From NCBI GenBank assembly GCA_964615825.1, contig CAZTQP010000003.1:1-36376 (forward strand): a stretch of DNA of 36,376 nucleotides. Reading direction: 5' to 3'. The first letter of the stretch is position 1, and every line of letters begins with the position of its first letter. The stretch is from an uncultured Gammaproteobacteria bacterium. GTDB lineage: Bacteria; Patescibacteriota; Patescibacteriia; 2-12-FULL-60-25. The position numbers and the translations under genes were made by a program. Of the stretch, positions 15,938 through 24,584 are shown in pieces. The notes under the pieces were generated by a model. That model worked only from the letters and a program-made list of their open reading frames with translations, did not search any database and had not been told where the DNA came from.

Positions 15938-17083
15938 ATGTTTCTCATCGAACATGACGGTAAGCAGTTATTGCGAGCGATCGGCCTGTCGATTCCGGCA
16001 GGTGTTTTCGCATCTTTAGACGAAGCATCAACGGAATTTGCGAAGCTGGATTGGTCGCATCCTTGGTATCTAAAAGCGCAGGTCTTGCAGGGTCGCCGTG
16101 GCAAATCCGGCCTCGTTCGTCGTGTCGACACCCAAAAAGAGGTAGAAGGGGTCATTGCCGATATGCGAGCTATTCTTGGCACGACCCCTTGCGCTGGTCT
16201 ATTGGCAGACCCTGCGGTCGCCCATGCATCGGAGTGGTTAGTAAGTGTAGACATTGACCGCGAAGCGGGTGCCGTTCGCATCAACTATTCTCCCGAAGGA
16301 GGGATGGCGGTTTCTCAAGCGCATTCCGTAACGATACGAGATGCTTCAGATTGGGAGGGGATCAACGTACCCGCTTCCATTCTCGCTTTAGCAAAAACGC
16401 TGCATACAGCGATGGGGACGCAGGATGCACTAAGCATGGAAATAAACCCATTAGCTGTCTTAGTAGATGGTTCCTGTATCGCGTTAGATGCAAAAATTGA
16501 GCTAGATGACGCGGCCTGGAGCCGTCATCCGGAGTGGACAGAATTTATTTCGCATCGTTTGCGTAGCGTAGGAAAAACCGAACGCGAGCAGGCCTTTAAT
16601 ATATTATTAGACTCGGCTGGGCATCGCGGCACCATGGGTCGATACCTCGAGCTAGACGGAGACATTGCTGTAATCCTCTCCGGTGGAGGAGCGAGTCTCG
16701 TAGCCATGGATGCCCTCATGCATGTGGGGCTCAAGCCAGGAAATTATCTTGAAGCCAGTGGCAATCCAGATCCAGAAAGCTTACGAAAAGCAGCGGCCAT
16801 TGTGCTCTCAAAGCCCGATCTCAAAGCGCTCTGGATTGCAGGCTCATTCGCGAATTTTACCGATATTCAGGCCACGGTCATGGCGGTCCTCGGCGCCATG
16901 GAAGATACGAATACGCGCTTGCCGATTGTGGTTCGTCGTGATGGTCCAAATGCCGATGCAGCCCAATCCGAAGCAGTTACGTGGGCCAAAGAACAGGGAA
17001 TCCCTCTCACCTTCCATCGTGGCGATACCGACTTAGAAACGGCCGCCCATTCCGTCGCGGATGCCGTCCGCATACCCGCGTAG
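15938..17083 (+). CDS. SucC-like ATP-grasp subunit (succinyl-CoA synthetase beta / ATP-citrate lyase beta / citryl-CoA synthetase large subunit family)
   Basis: By-eye matches to SucC: [18 protein letters not shown] ~ [39 protein letters not shown] ~ [43 protein letters not shown] ~ [38 protein letters not shown] ~ VPVVVRLEGNNAE. Confidence 0.8.
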   Translation: [381 protein letters not shown]

Positions 17084-17116
17084 CATTCTCCTTCCTACTA
17101 GCCTACTTCTAATACT

Positions 17117-18007
17117 ATGTGGAAACGATTTTCAGCTGATACCCAGATCCTGATCCAGGGCATGACCGGCAAAGAGGGGATGCGCATGGCCAAGTGGTTA
17201 CTTGGAAGCGGGGTTAAGGTTGTGGCAGGTGTCACGCCTGGAAAGGGCGGACAAACCGTCGAAGGGCAACCGATCTTCAATAGTATCGCCGAAGCAAAAG
17301 AGGTTTTTCCTGGAATCGAAGTGACGAGCATCGTCGTGCCTCCCATGCGCGTCTTGGGAGCCGTCGAAGACGCCTTGCAAAATGGTCTAAAATATTTGCA
17401 GATTTTAACCGAGAATATCCCTGTCCACGACGTCCTCTCCATGCGACAGAAGGCACAGGCGATGGACGCGACGATTCTCGGCCCAAGCTCGGTCGGATAT
17501 CTGCAGTTCCCTAAATTCCGCGTCGGTTACATCGGCGGTGAAGAACCGTTCAAAATTCTTAAAGAAGGTTCCCTCGCGGTCATCTCTAACTCAGGCGGGA
17601 TGACGAATGAGTTGCTGATGGGATTGTCTCGCCGTGGAATAGGTGTGCGTTGCGCCTTTGCTGTAGGCGGTGATCGTGTGGTTGGGACTTCATTACGTGA
17701 CGCACTTGTGCACGCAGAAGCCTCCGAAGATGTAAAAGCCGTTGCGATGTTTGCCGAGCCTGGACATCCTCTCCTCGTTGCCCTCGCGAACGGTGAATAC
17801 GTCGCAAAAAAGCCGCTTGCCATCCTCATGCCGGGAGATGTGCTCGACACGCTCCCTCGCGGCATGCCCTACGGACACACGGGTACCGTCCTCGGAGAAG
17901 ATGACCGTTCTGTGCCAGAGATGCGGGCGGCCATCCAAGCGAAGGGATATATATGCACAGGTTCCCTGAAAGAAATGTTTGAAGCCTGTGAAAAAATCGG
18001 CGCCTAA
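17117..18007 (+). CDS. SucD-like CoA-binding / phosphohistidine subunit (succinyl-CoA synthetase alpha family)
   Basis: By-eye matches to SucD: [11 protein letters not shown]...[26 protein letters not shown] ~ VICQGFTGSQG...[32 protein letters not shown] ~ [20 protein letters not shown] ~ [21 protein letters not shown] ~ RMGHAGAIIA (catalytic His). Confidence 0.85.
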   Translation: [296 protein letters not shown]

Positions 18008-18024
18008 TATTATTTTATTGACCT

Positions 18025-18717
18025 ATGTCATTCGGAGCCATTAAAGACAGTGAATACCACTTGCGGGATGTGCCTGTGTCGCGTCTCATGCAAGAGCAAG
18101 ATCTCGTATCTGTGCTATGTTTAGCATGGCTGGGAAAATTACCCACCGCTTCAGAAAAAATCCTCTTAAACGCCTGTCTCGTGGCCTCAGTCGACCACGG
18201 CCAAGAGCCCCCTAGCGCACATGTCACGCGTCGGGTCGCAAGCTGTGGGAAGCCGATTGCCGATGCTGTAGCCGCCGGTCTCCTGACCCTCGGCCCACGT
18301 CATGGCAATGCTGCCACCGCCGCCGGGCAGTGGGTGCAAAACGCGGTTAACGCAGGACGTATGCCCGGAGAAGTAGTGGAAGAAGCACTCACGAGCAAAA
18401 AACGTTTATCAGGTATTGGTCATCCAGAATACAGCATCGATCCACGTACAACGACGATCGCGGCTTTGGCAAAGGCCCACCTCCCTTCCACGCCGCATCT
18501 CGACTTCGCCCTCGACGTCTCACGCCTCATGACAGAGCGCAAAGGGAGTGCCCTTCCTCTAAATGTTGATGGAGCCATAGGTTCTCTCATGGTCGATTTA
18601 GGTTGGCCGCTTATGTTCGCTGACGCGATCTTTCTCGTGGCACGCACGATTGGCCTTGTCGCCCATGCGCACGAAGAATGCGAGGCAACCACCGGAGGAA
18701 CCTACAAACGTGGGTAG
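18025..18717 (+). CDS. Stand-alone citrate-synthase-like / citryl-CoA-lyase-like protein (matches the C-terminal domain of ATP-citrate lyase)
   Basis: Contains VDHGQEPPSAHVTRRVASCGKPIADAVAAGLLTLGPRHGNAATAA, SGIGHPEYSIDPR, LPLNVDGAIGSL and LVARTIGLVAHAHEE, in the same order as the ACLY/Ccl conserved blocks. It is only 230 aa. Confidence 0.7.
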   Translation: MSFGAIKDSEYHLRDVPVSRLMQEQDLVSVLCLAWLGKLPTASEKILLNACLVASVDHGQEPPSAHVTRRVASCGKPIADAVAAGLLTLGPRHGNAATAAGQWVQNAVNAGRMPGEVVEEALTSKKRLSGIGHPEYSIDPRTTTIAALAKAHLPSTPHLDFALDVSRLMTERKGSALPLNVDGAIGSLMVDLGWPLMFADAIFLVARTIGLVAHAHEECEATTGGTYKRG

Positions 18718-18723
18718 CTTGCA

Positions 18724-18752
18724 TTGACACGCCTACGACCAATTCGTATCGT
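18724..18752 (+). promoter_or_regulatory. Candidate sigma70-like promoter TTGACA (18724..18729), 17-nt spacer, TATCGT (18747..18752)
   Basis: Read directly. The -35 box is perfect and the -10 box matches 4/6, keeping T1, A2 and T6. It would give a very short leader for the gene starting at 18767. Confidence 0.3.
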
Positions 18753-18766
18753 ACCCTAATATCTCT

Positions 18767-19600
18767 ATGAATAAGACGCGCTATACCGTAGGTATCATGG
18801 GAACCGGCTTTGTGGGCGGGGCTTTAAAGCGGTATTTTGAATCCGTCGGTATCACTCCCTTTACCTATGATAAAGGGAAAAATGAAGGGTCAGTCGAAGA
18901 AGTGAATAAAGCAGACGTTATTTTTATCTGTGTTCCTACCCCATACTATCTGGACGGAAGTGGGTTTGATTTATCATATGTGCGTTCCGCGCTCGACGCC
19001 ATTCAAGGAGAGAAGATGGTTGTCTTAAAATCTACGGTCATTCCAGGGACAACTGCTATGCTGCAGGCAGAGTATCCACATCATAAGCTCATGTATAATC
19101 CTGAGTTTTTGACAGAGGTCACAGCGGACCAAGACATGAATTTTCCTGACCGCCAAATTTTAGGCACAACGGACCAGAGCTATACCGTTGCTTCAGATAT
19201 TATCGCCATGCTTCCACTTGCTCCTTTTGAGCGCGTGGTTCCTTGTACTGTCGCCGAAATGGTGAAGTATGCTGGCAACACTTGGTTCGCTGTTAAAGTC
19301 ACATTCTCTAACCAGATGTACGACTTAGCGCAAAAAATGGGAGTGGATTACGATAATGTAAAAGAGTGTATGGCTGCCGACAAACGTATTGGGCGCACAC
19401 ACTTAGATATTTTTCACAAAGGCTATCGTGGGTATGGGGGGAAGTGTCTGCCAAAAGATACACGCGCCCTTATTCAGTTAGCAGCAGCTCGCGGTGTTGA
19501 TCTTACCCTCCTTCAATCTTCGGAAGACTACAATAACGCCCTCGTCGCCGCCCAAGGTATGGACATCCAATGGCAAGAAGGTTCTCCTAAGAAATCTTAG
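18767..19600 (+). CDS. UDP-glucose/GDP-mannose dehydrogenase-family protein, short form lacking the C-terminal nucleotide-sugar-binding domain
   Basis: Contains GIMGTGFVGGAL (Rossmann), VIFICVPTP, YNPEFLTE and GYGGKCLPKD (catalytic Cys). The protein ends at 277 aa, whereas typical family members are about 390-440 aa. Confidence 0.7.
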   Translation: MNKTRYTVGIMGTGFVGGALKRYFESVGITPFTYDKGKNEGSVEEVNKADVIFICVPTPYYLDGSGFDLSYVRSALDAIQGEKMVVLKSTVIPGTTAMLQAEYPHHKLMYNPEFLTEVTADQDMNFPDRQILGTTDQSYTVASDIIAMLPLAPFERVVPCTVAEMVKYAGNTWFAVKVTFSNQMYDLAQKMGVDYDNVKECMAADKRIGRTHLDIFHKGYRGYGGKCLPKDTRALIQLAAARGVDLTLLQSSEDYNNALVAAQGMDIQWQEGSPKKS

Positions 19601-19609
19601 CGATACACT

Positions 19610-20533
19610 ATGTCTCTTTATCTTGTTACCGGCGGTGCTGGCTTTATCGGATCGCATTTGACAGAAGCCCTATTGTCTCAGGGACACCGTGTGCGTGTAC
19701 TCGATAACCTTTCAACAGGAAAACGAGAAAATATTCCTGCAGGAGCAGAATTTTTTCAAGCAGATTTTTGTGATGAGGTAGCGATTCGTCCTGCGTTCGA
19801 GGGAGTGGAGGGGGTATTTCATGTCGGAGCATTGCCACGCGTTCCCTTCTCGATCGCTCAACCTATAGAAAGTGCTAAAAACAACATCATGGGGACGCTC
19901 AATGTGTTGGTGGCTGCCCGTGATGCTAAGGTAAAGCGTGTTGTGTATAGCGCTTCCTCTTCTGCTTACGGCAACCAGGATCGCCTCCCTCTTACGCCGG
20001 ACATGCGGCCAAACCCGCTCAACCCCTACGCCTTGCAAAAATATGTAGGTGAATTATTTTGTCAGCAGTTTTCTTCCCTCTACGGGCTCGAAACCGTTTC
20101 TCTGCGCTACTTCAATGTCTATGGTCCACGCATGGCCAATGATGGGGCCTATGTAACGGTGATCGCGATTTTCATGCGTCAATATAAAGCAGGTGAAACC
20201 CTCACGATTGACGGTGATGGTGAACAAACCCGTGACTTCACGCATGTAAAAGATGTGGTATCTGCCAACATTGCTGCCATGCACTCATCCAAGGTGGGAG
20301 CGGGTGAAGTAGTCAATGTCGGTAACGGAGAGCGTTATTCAGTGAATTTTATTGCTCAGAAAATTAGCCCGACGATCATTCATCGAGAATCTCCTCGTGG
20401 AAAAGGGGATGCACGTGATACGCAGGCCGATGTCACCCTTACACAACAGCTTCTGTCTTGGAGTCCGGAGATCCCGTTTGAGCAGGGGTTGGCGAGCCTT
20501 TTACGGGAGGAAGGGATCGAGCCCATTCAATAA
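19610..20533 (+). CDS. NAD-dependent nucleotide-sugar 4-epimerase (GalE/WbpP-like extended SDR)
   Basis: Contains VTGGAGFIGSHL, SSSAYG, YALQKY (YxxxK), RYFNVYGPRM and GDGEQTRDFTHVKDV. Confidence 0.8.
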   Translation: MSLYLVTGGAGFIGSHLTEALLSQGHRVRVLDNLSTGKRENIPAGAEFFQADFCDEVAIRPAFEGVEGVFHVGALPRVPFSIAQPIESAKNNIMGTLNVLVAARDAKVKRVVYSASSSAYGNQDRLPLTPDMRPNPLNPYALQKYVGELFCQQFSSLYGLETVSLRYFNVYGPRMANDGAYVTVIAIFMRQYKAGETLTIDGDGEQTRDFTHVKDVVSANIAAMHSSKVGAGEVVNVGNGERYSVNFIAQKISPTIIHRESPRGKGDARDTQADVTLTQQLLSWSPEIPFEQGLASLLREEGIEPIQ

Positions 20534-21830
20534 GGTGCTGAAATCCAAATACGCATACCATGAGCGCCAGCGGTAGGACCGGTGTGCGCAGTCTTTGGAT
20601 TGTCAGACCCGCGTTTAACCACGACCCCAGGAAAGCCCCGCTTCCGAGCAAAAAGATAAAGGCAGATTCGCGGCGGCGTGTACCTTTAAGGATAGTAATG
20701 AGGCTGGCTCCAGCACCCAGCAGAAGAAGGAGGAGAGTGCCCACATCTACCATACGTAGTCCATTCGTGACCACGGGCGTGTACAAATGGCTCACACTGG
20801 CAAAAATAGCCAATTGGGCGCTCGGATACCAAATGGTGGGAAAGGTCTTAAGTTGTAGCCAAGCAAGCCTTGGGAGACTGTACGCGCGCGAGAGGCTTTT
20901 GAAGGTCGCATGGAGTGTCGGATATCCTTCAGTGGTATAGATCCAGTGGTTTCGAAATGGTTCTTTTCCATCACCTAAATCCACAGCAGCGGGGAAGTGG
21001 GCTGCGTCTGCCTCGACCAACTGCTGAAAATAGCGCGTGTCACCTGTCCAATTAATACCAAGGGCCACGTTGTACTCTCCGCTGCTGCTCAGAACGAGAT
21101 GGTTCGTGTGCAAGAAGTTACGCGTTAACCAAAGTGCAGGGAAGAGCGACGCACAAAAAACAATCGTGGCAATTTGCTTTAACGAGCGTACGCGTTGCAA
21201 AAAAAAGATGGCAAGGAAAATAGGGGCAAACGCCAGCCCTTGTGGGCGAGTAAAAACAGCGAATCCTAACACAAGCGGGCCGCTGGAGAGCTTCCAAAGC
21301 GGATCATGTTCTGAAGTGAAGAGGGCGAGATAGAGGCTTAGGCACAGCAGAAAGGCGAACAGGGTGTCGCTTAATGTTTGGTATCCAATAAAAATCGTGT
21401 AAACATCAAATAGCCAGATACAGACTCCGATGACACTGGCCCAATACCCTGCCTTCAAACGACGACGGCAGATGTCGTAAATCATCCACCCAACCGCTAA
21501 GCGAAATAGGACATGTAAGCAAAGCATCAGATAGCCTGTTGGTTCGACCAGGTAGCTAAGAGCGAGGACAAGAGGGTAGCCTGGCGTACGTAGGAGTTCA
21601 GGAAGATATGGGGAGGTGGGACTCGTACTAAACACACCGTGCTGTAACAGGTTTTGTGCCAAGACTCGATATTCAGTTGCGTCATAGCGTGGCGAGGGAA
21701 CCATGCTCTTGTTCTGCATCATGTATGCTACGCCGCTTAGTTGTAAGAGACCTGAAATGACAAAACAAACGACCAACAATCGCTGGTTCGCGAAAGAATG
21801 CCAACGAGCCTTTAGCCAAGTGCGAATCAT
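20439..21830 (-). CDS. GT-C fold polyprenyl-phosphate-sugar-dependent glycosyltransferase (ArnT/PMT, GT39/GT83-like)
   Basis: 463 aa and polytopic. The first extracytoplasmic loop DATEYRVLAQNLLQHGVFS resembles the D/E-x-x-Y...A.NL..G.F signature of this family. There is an ATGA overlap with the upstream sugar transferase gene. Confidence 0.55.
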   Translation of the reverse strand: MIRTWLKARWHSFANQRLLVVCFVISGLLQLSGVAYMMQNKSMVPSPRYDATEYRVLAQNLLQHGVFSTSPTSPYLPELLRTPGYPLVLALSYLVEPTGYLMLCLHVLFRLAVGWMIYDICRRRLKAGYWASVIGVCIWLFDVYTIFIGYQTLSDTLFAFLLCLSLYLALFTSEHDPLWKLSSGPLVLGFAVFTRPQGLAFAPIFLAIFFLQRVRSLKQIATIVFCASLFPALWLTRNFLHTNHLVLSSSGEYNVALGINWTGDTRYFQQLVEADAAHFPAAVDLGDGKEPFRNHWIYTTEGYPTLHATFKSLSRAYSLPRLAWLQLKTFPTIWYPSAQLAIFASVSHLYTPVVTNGLRMVDVGTLLLLLLGAGASLITILKGTRRRESAFIFLLGSGAFLGSWLNAGLTIQRLRTPVLPLALMVCVFGFQHLIEWARSLPPVKGSPTPAQTGSPDSKTEAVV

Positions 21831-23197
21831 GTCCCTTGTCGACGAAGAATAATCCCAACAGTTTTCAACAGGATCGCCAGATCAAGTAAGAGGGAGCGAT
21901 GCTTAATATAGAACAGGTCGTACTGGAGTTTCTTGAGGCTATCTTCCAGGCTAGAGGTGGGTTCTAAGAAACGTACTTGAGCCCAACCCGTTAACCCCGG
22001 TCGAGCCAAATGGCGTAGGTTGTAGTAAGGCATACGTTCAATAAGGGGGCTTACGAATTCTGGACGCTCTGGTCGTGGGCCAACGAATGAAAGGTCTCCG
22101 CGGATAACGTTCCAGATTTGTGGTAATTCATCAATACGTAGCTGACGCAATATACGACCAAGCGTGAAGACGCGCGGATCTGTTTTAGTAGAGGCGGTAA
22201 AGCGAGGACCGTCTTTTTCTGCGTTTACATCCATGGTGCGAAACTTCCAAATTTTCATGAGCTTGCCATGGCGTCCGACGCGCGCCTGCGAGTAAAAGAT
22301 GGGACCCGCTGAGCTCAGTTTTATGAAGAGGATAACAAGTGGGGTTAAGAGCAGGGTAAGTAAAGCGAATGGGATGGCGAGTAAGATATCCGTCACTCGT
22401 TTAAAGGACTCGTACCAAGCTTTCTCTGATTCATTTAAGTGCTGTAAAAACCAACTTTGGTTGACGTAGCTGAGGGGGATGCGTCCGGTGGTGGCCTCTT
22501 CAAACTCAGCTCGATCAAGAATGGTAAGTTGATCAAAGAGCGCAGTATATAAAACAGAGGTGATTTGCGGGAATTCGTCCAAGCCCGTACCCAGAACCAC
22601 GGTTTGGATCTGGTGTTTTTGGATGGAGTCACGGGAAATATCATCTACAGACGTAGACGGAAACGGGGTACGAATATCAGGGTTGTTGTGTGCGACGACC
22701 GAAGCCACTAAGTCGGCTCCCAATGAGCTGGCACGTAGGAGCTCGTGCACCTCGAGGGCTTCATGAACGGGGCCAATAAACAGCACGCGTTCACGTTCAA
22801 AAGTCCCCATGATAAAGCGATGGAAACAGAGTCGCCATGCATACCCAAATAACAGCGCAATGAGAAAATAAAGTAACAGGTTGGCACGTGGAGCAATGCC
22901 GAAAATAGGCAAAAGATAAAAGAATCCAAACGCCACCCCTAAATTGATGACCATGCCTTCAAGATAGGTACGAAACAGTTTTAGCGTGTCTTGGCCGAGC
23001 GCTAAGTCGTATAATCCCGCAATATAAAAACCCACAATCCAAAGAAAGGCCACAATCGTAAACGGAATAAGATGTGTGGGCCAGGCATTGAGGCTTCCGT
23101 ATCGAATAAAGAGGGTAAAAATGATACAGGCTTCTAAGAGCAAAAAATCTCCACTAATCAAGATTAGGCGTTTCAATTGTTGTTGGGCTTGAATCAT
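21827..23197 (-). CDS. Initiating polyprenyl-phosphate hexose-1-phosphate transferase (WbaP/WcaJ-type 'bacterial sugar transferase')
   Basis: The C-terminal domain reads KRVTDILLAIPFALLTLLLTPLVILFIKLSSAGPIFYSQARVGRHGKLMKIWKFRTM...DPRVFTLGRILRQLRIDELPQIWNVIRGDLSFVGPRPERPEF. The N-terminus has several TM segments. Confidence 0.9.
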   Translation of the reverse strand: MIQAQQQLKRLILISGDFLLLEACIIFTLFIRYGSLNAWPTHLIPFTIVAFLWIVGFYIAGLYDLALGQDTLKLFRTYLEGMVINLGVAFGFFYLLPIFGIAPRANLLLYFLIALLFGYAWRLCFHRFIMGTFERERVLFIGPVHEALEVHELLRASSLGADLVASVVAHNNPDIRTPFPSTSVDDISRDSIQKHQIQTVVLGTGLDEFPQITSVLYTALFDQLTILDRAEFEEATTGRIPLSYVNQSWFLQHLNESEKAWYESFKRVTDILLAIPFALLTLLLTPLVILFIKLSSAGPIFYSQARVGRHGKLMKIWKFRTMDVNAEKDGPRFTASTKTDPRVFTLGRILRQLRIDELPQIWNVIRGDLSFVGPRPERPEFVSPLIERMPYYNLRHLARPGLTGWAQVRFLEPTSSLEDSLKKLQYDLFYIKHRSLLLDLAILLKTVGIILRRQGT

Positions 23198-23245
23198 AGG
23201 GAGAAGGTCATTTCACCTTCGTTGGTTATACGGTAGACTATCTCT

Positions 23246-24577
23246 ATGTTATTTGTCTACGGCCAGCATTTAAGCCTGTCTTCGCGTCTAGCTGGTTTTA
23301 TCTTCTGTATATTGATCGGAATAAGAGGGGTGGGCGCCGCCGCTCAAACGGCTCTGCCCACTTCCAACACCCTATCTGACATGGGTATGGCCTCGAGTTC
23401 CATTGTCCGTATCGCGCCTAATGATCCACTCTGGAATCAGCAATGGTATTTACGTCAAATCGGGGCAGATAGCGCCTGGGCGGTGACGACGGGTACACCG
23501 CGTGTAGTGGTGGCTATTATTGATGTAGGTATTGATATTACGCACCCAGACCTCCAAGAGAATATTTGGGTGAATCCAAACGAGCGTGCGGGAGATGGAA
23601 TAGATAATGATGCCAATGGGTTCATAGACGATGTCCATGGCTGGAATTTTGTAAATGGGAGCGAGGATGTGAGGCCGATGTACGGCTCTACCGGATCTGA
23701 AGAAGCATGGAGCCACGGTACGATGGTTGCCTCTCTGATTGGGGCCAAGGGGAATGACGGATTCGGCATGACGGGAGTGGCGTGGAATATACGTCTCATG
23801 CCACTCGTAACTCTCGATGGGAATGGATCTGGATCTACGCAAGACATTATCCGCGCCATCCGTTACGCCATCCGTATGAAGGTAGATGTTATTAACCTGA
23901 GCTTAGCTGGCTATGAACAAGATCCCAGCCTAACTGACGCGATCCATCGTGCTCTAGAGGCGGGAATTGTGGTCGTGGGAGCGAATGGAAATAGTGATAA
24001 GGATACACGAGGAATAAATATCGATGAGACACCAAGCTATCCTGTCTGCGGAGAACAAAGTGAGGATGCGATCATTGGGGTAGGGGGGACGAATAGGCGG
24101 GATCAGAAGGCTCCCTATGCTAATTTTGGGACGCTCTGTACAGATATTTCTGCGCCTGGATCTGATCTACTGGCTGCGCGTCCAAGCCATACCCGGGGCG
24201 CGTCAGAAGATGGGCAACTCATCCCTAATTATCGTGAAGGTGTTGGAGGAACGAGTCTTGCCTCTCCGCTCGTAGCCGGAGCTGCTGCCCTGCTTAAATC
24301 CGCGCATCCCACCTGGACCGTTACGCAAATACAAACCCGTTTATACAACACGGCCGATGCGCTTTCCGCGTCGCAGTCATCGGGAACAAAGACAGTCCTG
24401 GGATACGGTCGCTTGAATATTGGACGGGCACTTATGGAAGACGCCACTTCCAGTGGTGAAAGACCTTGGCCTTCGAGCACGCCTCTTCTCCCACCTGTAC
24501 AGAAAAACCCCCCACGTAGCAAAATACCTGATAAGTTCCTTCTACCTTTACAAGCCTTCGTTCGCAAGCTGAAATGA
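23246..24577 (+). CDS. Secreted subtilisin-like serine protease (peptidase S8)
   Basis: Signal-peptide-like N-terminus. Catalytic triad motifs: VAIIDVGIDITHPDL (Asp), SHGTMVASLIGA (His), GGTSLASPLVAGAAALL (Ser). Confidence 0.9.
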   Translation: MLFVYGQHLSLSSRLAGFIFCILIGIRGVGAAAQTALPTSNTLSDMGMASSSIVRIAPNDPLWNQQWYLRQIGADSAWAVTTGTPRVVVAIIDVGIDITHPDLQENIWVNPNERAGDGIDNDANGFIDDVHGWNFVNGSEDVRPMYGSTGSEEAWSHGTMVASLIGAKGNDGFGMTGVAWNIRLMPLVTLDGNGSGSTQDIIRAIRYAIRMKVDVINLSLAGYEQDPSLTDAIHRALEAGIVVVGANGNSDKDTRGINIDETPSYPVCGEQSEDAIIGVGGTNRRDQKAPYANFGTLCTDISAPGSDLLAARPSHTRGASEDGQLIPNYREGVGGTSLASPLVAGAAALLKSAHPTWTVTQIQTRLYNTADALSASQSSGTKTVLGYGRLNIGRALMEDATSSGERPWPSSTPLLPPVQKNPPRSKIPDKFLLPLQAFVRKLK

Positions 24578-24584
24578 GAGCGTT

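Noticed and set aside
17098-17969. Antisense and alternative-frame ORFs over the SucD-like gene (17098..17442 -, 17527..17865 -, 17586..17807 -, 17693..17938 -, 17742..17969 +)
   Set aside because: The SucD-like frame aligns end to end with a known family. The others are composition-driven open frames.
15938-18007. Annotating the SucC/SucD-like pair simply as housekeeping succinyl-CoA synthetase (sucCD)
   Set aside because: The immediately following stand-alone citrate-synthase-like gene, the divergence of both subunits from canonical motifs and the glycan-cluster context argue for an ACL/CCS-type or other acyl-CoA-forming role. This is not fully excluded without phylogeny, so no sucC/sucD symbols are assigned.
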